Positions 13,316 to 27,539 of a stretch of 64,000 bases of DNA are shown piece after piece. This DNA is from Octopus sinensis (lineage: Eukaryota), in NCBI RefSeq assembly GCF_006345805.1, contig NC_043004.1, forward strand, positions 23,250,001-23,314,000. Direction: 5' to 3'. Below the pieces are notes generated by a model that searched no databases, was not told the DNA's origin, and saw only the letters and a list, made by a program, of their open reading frames with translations. The position numbers and the translations under genes were made by a program. The stretch's first letter is position 1; each line of letters starts with the position of its first letter.

Positions 13316-14899
13316 TTAATGATGTAGGGTTGTCTTCGATTTTATAGCAGAATTTAGAAAATAAATGTCCACATCACTAAATCCTACCAGCTTCTTCAAT
13401 CAGTCATTTTTGTGTGTGCGTGTGTGTGTGTGTGTGAAAACTGTATTAATAGAGAGGAGTAATACGGTTTCAGAGACAACAGGTATATTACTAGTATTTT
13501 ATTATGCAAGAGACGACTTAAATTCAAACTTCAATTTTCTTACGAACAAAATTTTGTGTAATAATGAAGTATTAGAATCTTTGGAAAGATTTCATGTTTT
13601 AAGTCAGCAATGAGTAAATATGAAATAGGTCACAAAGTGAAAGAGGTTAGATTCTGTGTGAAAGATTAGAGTTTAATATCTCGAGTAATGCCTTGTATCA
13701 GATGAAGAGACCTCCCTAGAGTGGTAACCGCATTTATTTCAAGTGGCAAAATTTATATTATGTGAAAATATTTTTTAAATTCCCCCCAAAATCTTAAAAT
13801 TGAAGCGTTAATATTTTGTCCACTTGCTTTATACAATACTAGAAAGCACCTATCGCACCATCTCTCTCTCTCTATCTATCTATCTATTTATCTATCTCTC
13901 TGTGGCTCTCTCTCTCCCTCTCTGTCACTCACTCTCTATCTCTCATTGTCGCTCTCTCTCTCTTTCTCTCCTCTTTATTTTCTTTTTCTCGGAAAATTTA
14001 CTAAAGAATACTATTGTCCTGATAACAACTACTTATGACAGGAAGACAGTATTATAGGAAACAATTTCAGAAAAATTATTACAAAACTTTACTGTCTCCA
14101 TATATTGTGACTTTTATTAGAGTGGAGTCAGGTTTATTTTGGAAAATCGACAAAATATATGAAGATTATTGTAACAAAAAATATCGCAGGAAATCACACT
14201 AGAGTTTCTTTCGTTTTTATATTTGCTTTCCTTTCTCTTTTTTAAAGTTAATTATTTATTTTTAAGAAAACTGAATTGATGTTATAAAGTTCTGAAAACA
14301 TCAGGAATAAAACCATATTCATCTATAGAATAATTTGGTTTTATCACTGTGGAAATAAGACAGGAAATTCTATTTAGTAATTGTTATCTCTTCTCGGCAG
14401 TATAACTTTTAAGAAGCCAATTTTACTCTGCAGCTGCCAACTTACTCTTTTATTCCAAATTTATTCTAAAATCTTATTGTCTTTCTCTTTAAAATTAAAG
14501 TAGGCGCCATATGGTTGTTTGTATTTGGATGTACTCTTTGTGTTATTTTTGTTTTTGTATTGTCATTAATAAACTTTAGTTAATTATTATAAAAATAAAC
14601 AATATTGTTAATATCTTAGTTGGTTTTATGAGTTCCAACAAATATTTAAGAGAGAATGACAATTTGTAAAAGCATGGCCGTTTCCTTAGTGGAAATTAGA
14701 AACAGATTACACAGGAAAATTAATAACAAAGGTTAGATTCTTTTTCTTTATTGGTGTATATCAAAAACATAGTTTAATTATGGCTGTCTTAGTTGATATT
14801 GGTTACATAGACTAGTCAAGGTTTTCTTAGATTATATTAGAAACGTATATCAGCCTTTCTTTGTCGGTACTGGCGACAGAATAAGAGAATTAAAACGAA

Positions 14900-15272
14900 C
14901 GCTGAGTCGTGGATTGCTTCTCCACCACATGGGAAAAATCTTCTGCTGTAGCCTCGGGCCGACCGAAGCCTTGCAAGTAGATTTGGTAGACGGAAACTGA
15001 AAGAAGCCCCTTGTGTATATATTTATGTGTGTGTGTATGTCTGTGTGCCTGTGTGTGTCTTTTAGTTTGTCTCCTACGACCGTTTGACAACCGATGTTGT
15101 GCATTTACGTCCCTGTAACTTAGCGATTCAGCAAAAGAAACCGATAGAATAAGTACCAAGCTTAAAGAAAAAGGTAAGTACTCGGTCGATCTATTGGACT
15201 CAAATTCTTCAAGGTGATGCTCCAGCATGGCCGCAGTCTAATGACTGAAACAAGTAAAAGATAAAAGATAAA
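14900..15272 (+). mobile_element. SINE family B
   Basis: Family core and 3' AAAAGAT repeats. Confidence 0.8.
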
Positions 15273-16041
15273 AAAATAAATGTGAGGAATTTGATATTTG
15301 CTTTGTCAACAATTAGTTTTATAAGTTCAATTACTCTTGGGAGTTTGTGTTCCCACCGATCATCTCATAGTGAAGCACAGAAACAGAAATTGTAAATTCT
15401 GTTGCAAACTGTTAAAAGAAAAATGCAATGAAGATTGGGATAAAGTCAGGACAGACAGATGCCAGGATGTGTGATTTATTGAATGAGGTAAATCCTTCTC
15501 TTTCAGAGATTCAAGCAACAAAGCAGGTATGAATAGTGCATCACACACCAATCCACAAAGTGGTAGCACAGTGCATATCTCTCGATAAAAGGAGGATTCT
15601 TGTCCAAGTATATGGGCGGTTGATTTGCTGTCACCTTTGTACCACAGAGTAAATATGGCGGAAAACTGAAGGGTGTGAGGATAGTGCAAACTTAGCAAAG
15701 ATCTTTTGACAATGAACCAGAACCGACAGTTGGAACTGGGGGATCATGCAGGGCCAAAATGTTGGTACAAGTTCAGTAATTTTATATGGTAGGGACAAGC
15801 TGATCACATTGATCCTAGTGCTTAATTGCTAGGAGTTGTCCCACTGTGCAGTATCTTGGACAACTTTCTTGTCATTGCTTCGGGTCGCCCCATATTTTGG
15901 TGAGTGAAATTTGATAGTCAAAAACTGTAGTAGCACCTCGGCTAGATGGTATTTCTAAATCAAAGCACCGATCTTGCCACACCCAGCAGCACACTGATTC
16001 CCTTCTAGGTATTATTTTAGTGAAATACACAGTCACTTATA

Positions 16042-17298
16042 CAGGGGGTGTTTATTAAAGATTTCCCCTGACCCACTTCTGATTATTGCAGGAAAGGGAA
16101 CTTGCACAGGTATAATCATACCTGTCTCAATATGTCACATTGTAAATTGCAGCTTTCCACTGATATCTGTTTGTCTTTTACGGCTGCTGAAGTGGACTAG
16201 GATGTTATAATGGAGGCAATTGAATGCAGATCAGTTATACTTGAAAGGTCGTACACCAAAAGAGACTTTCTACGACAAGAAAGACGTTTATGGTCACGAT
16301 GCCCCATCATACGACGTAGTCAAACACTGCCATCGCCAGTTCAAATGTGGTCGGACATCGGTGGAAATATGGACCACATTCCGCCATTGATGATGACACC
16401 ATCCATAAAGTGGAAGCTACCATTTTGGAGGATCACCATATAACTATTTGGTCACTAGCCCAAGAAGTGAAGATAAGTGTAGGGTCCGTGGAAAATAATC
16501 ATTCACGACCATTTGCCCATGCAGAAGTTGTCTGTACGATGGATTCCGAGGATGCTCACACTTTTTCAGAAGCAGGAGCGAGTCGATTACCCCCAAACTC
16601 TTTTGACATTGTACCAAGAAAACAAGGACTTTTTCGTCAGCCTTATCACACAGGATGAAACATAGACCCATCACTATGATCCTGAGAGTAAAGCCCAGTC
16701 GAAGCAATGGAAGCATGATAATTCACCTCCTGCAAAGAAGGCTCGCGTTCAACCTTCAGCAGACAAGGTAATGCTCACAGTCTTTTGGGATCAGCGCCGA
16801 GTATTGACGATGGATTTTCTGGCAAAGGGCACCACCACAATTAACGGGGCATATTATGCTTCTCCGCTGACGCCATCAAAGCCAAGGAGGCGTGGCATGC
16901 TGACCAAAGGAGTCTGTCTCCTTCAAGACAACGCCCAGTTTACAATGCACATGTTGCCCAGATGAAAGCACACCCCTGTAGCTATAAAATCATCCCTTTT
17001 TCTCCTTACTCTCCTGACCTCGCACCATCAGACTTCCACTTCTTTCCAACCATGAAGCCTTTTTTGAAGGGGAAGCACTTTTGGGATGATGATGAACTTA
17101 TTTCCGAGATAAAGTCTTGACTCCTGATGCAACCTACCGACTTCTACAGACGAGGTATTTACAGCTGTATAAAGCGATGGAAGAAGTATATCACCATTGG
17201 TAGTGGCTATGTAGAGAAAGACTAATAATTGTGCCAGGTTTCGTTTATCCCAGTCCTTGAAAAGTGGTTCAGGGGAAATCATTAATGAACATCCTTCG
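16042..17298 (+). mobile_element. Full-length mariner (DD34D) transposon with disrupted transposase
   Basis: ~38-bp imperfect TIRs (CAGGGGGTGTTTTATTAAAGATTTCCCCTGACCCACTT vs reverse complement of the right end CGAAGGATGTTCATTAATGATTTCCCCTGAACCACTT) with TA on both sides (16040-41, 17299-300). Frame-stitched protein shows WIPRMLT, LITQDET, KVMLTVFWD, LLQDNA, YSPDLAPSDF and YVEKD*, with several frameshifts and stops. Confidence 0.95.
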
Positions 17299-18678
17299 TA
17301 TTATAATTCATTTCTATTGATCAGTCAGTAGTTATCAAGGAAGTCGACTAAAATTCCTTTATTTTTTTAGTTTTTGATGTCCAGCTTTAGGAGACTGGAA
17401 ATTGATCGGGAACAAGAACACAGTAACAATTTTATGAGAAGTAAATTATAGAGGAGATATATTATCCATATCCCTGGGGTCAATGAATCTAGATGCGAGG
17501 ATTAGTTGTCTTTGTCAAAATCCAACGCTCCATCAATAAAATTCCCTGTCCTTTCATCCCTTTGGTTTGTGAAACCGAATAAAATTTTCGAAATTAAGTG
17601 GAGAATTAAAGAATTTTTGAGAAAGTAAGGTTGGGAGTAACAGCATGGAAGCAATAAAGAATGAATGGAACAAAGCGAGGCAAGTGAAAGAATGGAGGAG
17701 AAAGGCGTAGACGATATATAATTGGATTAACACTCGATCTTCCCCAACAGTTACTAAATTATACATTTTTATTTCATGGTTATCGTTAAAAATATCAGTT
17801 AAATAATATTTTGAAAGACAAATTTGGTTGAAAAAAATTATTATTTCGATAACTTTCTAATGAATTGTTTCTGTGGTTAGGAATAAATTATTTGCTATTT
17901 TTTAATATTTTATATTTTGTTTTAATGACATATTTTGTGATGAATGGTGTAAACATTTTGCTTGTATCCATAAAACATTTCAGTCCGCTAACAAAGGTCG
18001 CTACTACAAAGTTAATTGCGATGAAATGTAAAATTACAAATTCGTTAAAGAAACAAAAATGTCATTTTGATTTAGAGTTATCTCATAATCAAACACTTTG
18101 CCGGCTTCAATAATTTTAGGGAGAAGCAAATAAAGGTTAAAAATGTAATTTTAGATTTGTATTATATAAACGCCTCAACAAACTTCATAATTTAGATTCA
18201 ATTTGGTGAAAACCAAAACAAATATGACATTGAAGGCAGGAAATATAGTTTGAACATTTATTATTAGAAGAGTTGGGGAGATTTAAATCGATAAGCGTTT
18301 GATGACCAGCAATCTGACGCTGAATCCCAGTATTGTGTTTTGCTGCTGAATTCCGATACTGTATTTTAGTACTGTGTCCTGGCATTGAGTTCCACTTCTG
18401 TATTTCAGCATTGAGCTCTCACACTGACTTTTAGCTCAATGTCATAGCACTGTGTCCCAGCAACTGTTCCAGTTTTAAAACCCTGCACTGTGGAGTATCT
18501 CTAGGAAGAGGCAAACAACAAACAGACAATAATCGAATTCACTTCGTTATGAAAGGCTTTTTTTAGGAGGATAGAGTTCATTGCTCAAAGCGATGGATGT
18601 AGGTTGATATATTTGATCATTATTTCGTTAGACTTCAATATTTCAATGGAACTAGAGAGAATAAGAATATTGCCTTCA

Positions 18679-19098
18679 AATTTTGGCACAAGGTCAGAAT
18701 TTTCAGGAAAAGGGTAAGTCGATTACAGCGACCCCGTGTTCAACTGGTTTTTATTTTATCGACCCCAAAAGGATGAACAGTAAAGGCAACCTCAGCGAAA
18801 TTTGAACTCAGAAGGTCAAGTTATACGGAATGCCGCTAAGCGTTTTTCCGGTGTGCTAATGATTCTGCCAGCTCAGCGCCTTTGCAAGGGAAATATTGAT
18901 TTCAAATTTTGGTATGAAGCTAGCAGTTTCAGGGCTAAGTTGCTTACATCGACTCTGGTACTCAACCGGTACTTATTTTATCGACCTCGAAAGGCTAGAA
19001 GGCAAAGTCGACCTCGGGGGAATTTGAACTCAGAACGTAGAGACGAACAAAATGCCGCTAAGCATTTTGCCCGGTGCAGTAACGATTCTGCCAGCTCA
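18679..19098 (-). mobile_element. Two tandem SINE family A copies
   Basis: Two consecutive reverse-complement copies (~18679-18888 and ~18895-19098), each TTCAAATTTTGG...GAACTCAGAA...ATTCTGCCAGCTC. Confidence 0.8.
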
Positions 19099-19174
19099 CA
19101 GCTTTTGCAAGAACTATTAAAATATGTTATTGTGTACTGCTTTTTTCCTGATAACACAAACGTTTTCGAATCCA

Positions 19175-19525
19175 TCTACATGGTTCCAGGTTCTGTTCTA
19201 CTGCTTGGCACTTTGTGTGTTTTAGCCTCGGGTCGACCAAAGCCTTGTGAGTGAATTTAGCAGACGGAAATTGGAAGTAAGCTGTCGTGCAAATATGTGT
19301 GCGTGCGTGTGTGTGTGTGTGATCTTTGCATCTGTGTTTGTTCCTCACCAGTGCTTGACAAACAGCGTTGGTGTGTTTACGCCCCCTTAACATAGCGGGT
19401 CGGTAAAAGAGATCGACGGAATAAGTACCGGGCCTAAAGAAGTACTGGAGTTGATTCATTCAACTAAAAATTCTTCAAGGCAGTGCCCCAGCATGACCAC
19501 AGTCTAATGGCTGAAACAAATAAAA
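19175..19525 (+). mobile_element. SINE family B
   Basis: AGCCTCGGGTCGACCAAAGCCTTGTGAGTG...CCAGCATGACCACAGTCTAATGGCTGAAACAA. Confidence 0.8.
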
Positions 19526-19547
19526 TATGAAAGACATATATATATAT

Positions 19548-20256
19548 ACTAGCATTAAAGATCCGTCGTTGCCGGGTCATAGTGCTAGTGCATGTATATA
19601 TATGTGAATATATATGTGTACATATTACATGTACATCTATATATATACATCTACACATAAAATACAAAATACAAAGTTATATCTTGATATCGCTAGTGAT
19701 AACAATACTCAAAATATATAACAGACTGGAATTGTAAGCCCGTCTCTTGTAATTTCGATCAATTGTATCTTGTCCTACCTCTTGTATAGAAGTGTGGCTA
19801 CAATCCAGCCTACCTCTACTTCTGGGGAGGGGGATTTTTAATTTTTTTCCGGGACGTCCTACGTCCCAGATATAAAGGTAAAAATAAAATATTTCCACTT
19901 TGCAAGTTCGAGTCAAGTGCTCCCTTGCACGCTCCGTTGACTCAAACCTTGCTTCTATTGTGACGAATTTACCGCCTCTGATTAGATACCTTTCATAGTC
20001 GCATGAAGACACTTTTCGAAGGTGCTTTCCTCCATGTGTTCAAAGTATGTGTTCAAGTTTTAGGGAATCGTAGTGGAGAAGATATGATATTGCTGTGGGC
20101 TCGCCCTAGGCAAAAAGTTCAAGATTTTTGTTTTTACCGATGACACTTCCCTAAGTAAGACATGTGTAAAATTTGAATGAAATTGGTTGAGTAGTTCTCA
20201 AGTTTTAGGGAAACACACAGACAGACACACATTCTCAGTTTTATATATATAAAGAT
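19548..20256 (+). mobile_element. Probable non-autonomous Helitron/HINE-like element
   Basis: Starts ACTAGC followed by the subterminal hairpin ATCCGTCGTTGCCGGGT; ends AAATTTGAATGAAATTGGTTGAGTAGTT...CACAGACAGACACACATTCTCAGTTTTATATATATAAAGAT. This architecture is typical of HINE/Lep1-like elements as recalled. Confidence 0.5.
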
Positions 20257-20404
20257 ATATATTATATCATCATATATTATATTATATCATATATTTCTAA
20301 CCGTGACTAATAAAGGGTATATATATAGTTATGGTATATTCTGTTAAGAACGTATTAGAGTACAGTATAAAGCTCGTCCACGTTTAGATTTTTCAATTAT
20401 ATAT

Positions 20405-20463
<59 letters not shown>

Positions 20464-20545
20464 ATATATATAATATATATATATATATGCATCTTTGTTA
20501 ACGCACAACGAGTACACCTTTTAGTTTTGTTTCAAAGCTAAATCA

Positions 20546-20875
20546 ATGCACTTTCGAACTTTTTTTTGTGATTTGTTGTTTTCTGACGATTATGTACTTG
20601 TAACTTATTTGGAACAAGTTATACAGAAAATAATGAGCCACCTCTCTACTGCCCGTAAGTTAAGAACTTACTATAACCCTCAAAAAAGGTGCTATTTACA
20701 CTTCCTCCAAGAGAGACATGTACAACAAGACTCGATGAAATGAATTCTTTTGTGTATTTTGACAGCTCTTTGTACAAGGATAGATCTTTTGATTTCGAAA
20801 TGAAATTGAAAATTAAGAAAGCTTCAGTTAGCTTTGTTAACCCGGAGAAACGAATTTGCTCAGATAGAAATTAAA
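20546..20875 (+). mobile_element. Degenerate RTE (BovB-like) RT fragment
   Basis: FCDLLFSDDYVLVTYLEQVIQKIMSHLSTARK (cf. ELLFADD.AL) and FVYFDSSLYKDRSFDFEMKLKIKKASVSF..PEKRICSDRN (cf. F.YLGS.L..D...D.EI..RI.KAS.AF). Confidence 0.7.
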
Positions 20876-21119
20876 ATTGCTCACCTGTCTTTGCAACATT
20901 TTGCTGCTGAGAAAATTCGAATTGCCCTTCAAATAGTAAAACATGATACAATAAAAGTGCATGCTATTGAAACTCTGAACAGTAGAGAGTTCTGAGGAAA
21001 CATTACTTGCATGTCTCATTATTTTCCACAACCTCCTGCATTCTGCGCAGATTGGCTCTTCTCAGGACTTAAGAGTTTTTGACTCCGTCTCTGTAAATGA
21101 TCTTGAGCATTGTGCTCAC

Positions 21120-21305
21120 CCACCATTGGTAAAATGCTTTCAACATCAGTCCTACTACAATGTTTGAAAGACGCGCTAGATGAAAAATTCAGGGAAGAGC
21201 CAGCAGTGTTCCGGGCAAGAAGATCACACACCGAACAGATCTTTGTATTATGAAACACTGCAGATCAGTGCGCAGAACTCCAGCAATCACTAATCCTCAG
21301 TTCTT
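21120..21305 (+). mobile_element. Degenerate RTE RT N-terminal fragment
   Basis: IGKMLSTSVLLQCLKDALDEKFREEPAVFRARRSHTEQIFVL*NTADQCAELQQSLIL (cf. GKVF..ILL.RL....D..LREEQAGFR.GRSC.EQIF.LR). Confidence 0.7.
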
Positions 21306-21569
21306 CTACTGGTGGGCTGAAAATCAATTTTGGACAACTGCGTAAGAGTGAAACTACAGGTGATGTGATTCTTGGCCAAATTATGTGCTACACTTTTTTT
21401 ACAAATAAAGAAAAATTCAAAATAAAATCAAACATAGGTAATCATGTGAAATGATACCAAATCTGGAATAGGCGAATGTCTGCAATGGGGAAAATGGTTC
21501 TGCTTGAAATCAAAATTGAGGGCTACAAAATATATGTGTGCACGTGTGTGCGTGTATGTATATATATAA

Positions 21570-21788
21570 CGGGAAGCTTTATGAAAATAAACAAAAGACG
21601 AAGGCAGGTGGAAAACAAACGAACAATTGTATTAGTATGGCGCTCAGGAAATATAAATAAAACAAGTCTTTAACGTTTCGAGCCTACGCTCTTCAACAGA
21701 AAGATACACAGAGAGAGAAAAACACAGAAAGAAGGAGAGAAAAAAAAATGCGTGCAGTAGCTAACGAATCAACATGGCGATCTGGCGA
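21570..21788 (-). mobile_element. ~220-bp non-autonomous element (PLE pseudo-LTR/retrozyme-like) with hammerhead motif, copy 1
   Basis: Colinear with 55642-55853 (CGCCATG.T.GAT.G.TAGC.ACT...CTG...GAAGAG...GGCTCGAAACGTTAAAGACT...GAGCG..ATACTAATACA...CCACCTG.CTT.GTCTTTTGTTT). TA-rich flanks. Confidence 0.75.
21667..21704 (-). ncRNA. Putative minimal type I hammerhead ribozyme (variant core)
   Basis: Reverse complement TCTTT-CTGTTGA-A-GAGC GTAG GCTC-GAA-ACGT-T-AAAGA gives 5-bp stem I, 4-bp stem II with tetraloop, palindromic ACGT stem III and a GUU cleavage triplet. Confidence 0.55.
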
Positions 21789-22885
21789 TATATATACATA
21801 TGTATGCACTCACACATTTAAATCTCTACACAAATACAAAAGCACACATGTACACAAACATACGCATATACACATACTCATACACACACACCTACAATTG
21901 CACGCACATGTTACGTGTTTTTGCACTCTACACACTTTCCTATCGATCCGAACTTTGTTACATTTATGACAACATGAAGACTCTCTTTTACAAAAGTGAG
22001 ATAATTATACATGTGTAGAAAAATGAGATAAATACACCTGCGTAGAAATATGAGACAATTGCGCCTGAATAATAAACGGAAAGAACTGACGTCAAGCAAG
22101 AATAATCTACCTCTTCTGAGATTTCCTGTTGACATTTGTTTACCATAAATTTCCAGGTTTAAATTATTAACAATGTCTTTCAGCATGTTGTTTTAAATGA
22201 AATATATTCTAAATTTTCGAAATCATACAGAAGCAGGCTCTTCCATACATATAGATGAAGAGAGGGAGAGGAGGAGGAGAGAGAGGGACAGGGGGAGGAG
22301 AGGGACAGACAGACAGACAGATAGATAGGGGAGGGAGAGAGACAGATAGATACATACCTACGTATGCACGCACATTGAGAGTGAGAGAGAGAGAGGCTGA
22401 CAGACAGACAGACAGACAGACTGACAGAAACACAGATACAGCCAAACAACAAAACAGGCAGGTTCAGATAGGAAGAAAGAAGCTGCTGAAAATGGTACTT
22501 CCACAAATATATTCGTACACAAACACGTGTGTGTGTATGTGTCTGTCTGTCTGTCTGTCTGCTCGTCTGTCTGTTTGCTCGTCTGTCTGCTCGTCTGTCT
22601 GCTCGTCTGTCTCTGTGTATGCGATTGTGCATAAAACTAATTTGAATTTTCTACGTGTATGCACGCATGTATGTGTGCCTGTGTACGTTTAATAAATTCT
22701 CCCTGTTAAATATTAACAGATTAATTTAGAAAATACTGATAAAAGATTTATCGATAGTCATCAAGTAAAATATTTGACTATTCTGCCGCTATTTAAAATT
22801 ACCATGTAACTAAAGCTAAGTTGAAGCAACTTCATATATATATACATACGTATGTGTCTGTGCATATGTATGTATATAGCTTAAT

Positions 22886-23273
22886 GTGGAGGCGCAATGG
22901 CCCAGTGGTTAGGGCAGCGGACTCGCGGTCATGGGATCGCGGTTTCGATTCCCAGACCGGGCGTTGTGAGTGTTTATTGAGCGAAAACACCTAAAAAGCT
23001 CCACGAGGCTCCGGCAGGGGATGGGGGTGATCCCTGCTGTACTCTTTCACCACAACTTTCTCTCACTCTTACTTCCTGTTTCTGTTGTGCTTGTATTTCA
23101 AGGGGCCGGCCTTGTCACTCTCTGTGTCACGCTGAATATCTCCGAGAACTACGTTAAGGGTGCACGTGTCAGTGGAGTGCTCAGCCACTTACACGTTAAT
23201 TTCACGAGCAGGCTGTTCGGTTGATTCGGATCAACCGGAACCCTCATCGTCGTAACCGACGGAGTGCTTCCAC
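22886..23273 (+). mobile_element. tRNA-derived SINE family C (Ceph-like 3' domain), intact with TSD
   Basis: Head GGCGCAATGGCCCAGTGGTTAGGGC...GGTTTCGATTCCC (A/B boxes). 12-bp TSD ATATAGCTTAAT at 22874-22885 and 23274-23285. Confidence 0.9.
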
Positions 23274-23506
23274 ATATAGCTTAATACAGAAAGTAGAAGA
23301 GAGCTAGTTTAAGAAACTGTAATATAGTAAAACTAAAGCTGTTATTTGGTATTGTTCTACTTCTGTTTTTCACATTTACATATAATAATGTTATTTGATA
23401 ACGAAGATATATGGATATATGTTGGAAACACTGTCTTTGTGTATTGGAAATTATACATGTATAGGTAGGTAAATCGTCAGATAGATAGGTAGGTAGGTAA
23501 ATCGTC

Positions 23507-23543
<37 letters not shown>

Positions 23544-23544
23544 T

Positions 23545-26100
<2,556 letters not shown>

Positions 26101-26256
26101 GGTAGGTGTAGATGTATATCAATATGTTTGTATGTACGTATATGTATGCCTATATGCAAAGGGAGGGAGAGAGAGAGATGCATCAGTATAAATTTAGTGT
26201 ACGCGACTGAAAGAGCAGCAAATAAAAAAGCCATCTATATATCCCATGCAATATAT

Positions 26257-26955
26257 AGACATTGTTGAGAAGCATGATGCTATGGCCATTCTATGGATAA
26301 AATCTCTTCATAGATATATATTGTGTGAAACGCAGTATATACCGAAGCGAGGCGAAATGGAATTGCCTTAGCAGTAATTCACAAGAAAGCCAGCAGCATT
26401 TCGTCCTTTTCAGGCCATATCAATAATAAGTACCCACTAGTCACGTGTCTGGACGAAATTTGTCCCTCCTTATATAGGAGACAGTGAATTATACATTCAC
26501 TGTTGTTGCGAATAGACCGCTGGGTTGAATAAAAATCCGATGTACGCAATTCAGACAGTGTTAGAATAAAATAGCTATCAATGTATCATACTGGATATAC
26601 ACTGTTAAAAGGCATGCTGCGGTGGTTTGCTTCGTAAGTATGTTAAGTATGGAACATAAATATTGATTTAAATTTAATCCTTTTTTATTTGCGTACACTG
26701 GGTTTTCGCTCAGCCTGGTGGCTATTCACAATAGCAGTGAGTGTATAATTCAATTGTTTCCTATATATTGAAAGGGGAAAATTTCGTCAAGGCATGTGGC
26801 CAGTACGTACACGTCATTGATAAAGTCCAAAAAGTTCGAAATATATATCTTGCATCACACTTAGAACAATTTTGATTCGTCTCGTTTTGAGTGTTTTACG
26901 TCTGTGAGAATTTTTTTTCTACCGTAAACCACAGCATCATGCTTTCAATAGTGTA
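26257..26955. repeat. Diverged ~700-bp foldback (inverted arms ~290 bp, spacer ~135 bp)
   Basis: Colinear inverted matches: CATTGTTGAGAAGCATGATGCTATGG vs CACTATTGAAAGCATGATGCTGTGG; GACGAAATTTGTCCCT..TATATAGGAGACA vs GACGAAATTTTCCCCT...TATATAGGAAACA; AATTATACATTCACTGTTGTTGCGAATAG vs AATTATACACTCACTGCTATTGTGAATAG. Confidence 0.8.
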
Positions 26956-27539
26956 TATACATATGTATATGTATGATATATAAGTATGATACTTAAATGG
27001 CTAGAAGTGATAATTAACGTGTGTTTCAAAATGTTATACATCCTTCACTGGTTGATAAATCCGGACTCATTTTATTTTAAAAATTGGACCCCACATCATC
27101 ATTTAAATTCCAATCAGTTTCTTCACCGACCGTCATTTATTTTGTCCAGAAATCAATAAAATCAGATTGATTATATTGACTGTAAATATTCGCTGTTTTC
27201 TTTTTCATTTTTTATAGTTTGTTGATTTTAGTTTTGTTAGTGTTTTTAAGTTTGTTTTTCTTTTGCATTTGATCCTGTCGTTAGTTTTACATTACTTTCT
27301 TTAAATCTTATTTCATTAGACTCTGTAAACATTTTGTTAGACACTAGCATATTAAACTATTACAATAAAACACACCAGCGTCTTTCTTTTGCAGGTATAT
27401 AATTTAATTATTCTCATTAGACAGACACAAGGCAACGTGTTATTAAGGGAAATAACAGTTGGTTAAATCAACCACGGTCACGGCTGGTACATTATTTTTT
27501 TTCGACCTACAGAGTAATGTAGGTCAATTTTGACTCTGC

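Noticed and set aside
22887-22960. tRNA gene
   Set aside because: The tRNA-like head continues into a SINE body bounded by a TSD and lacks a complete acceptor stem.
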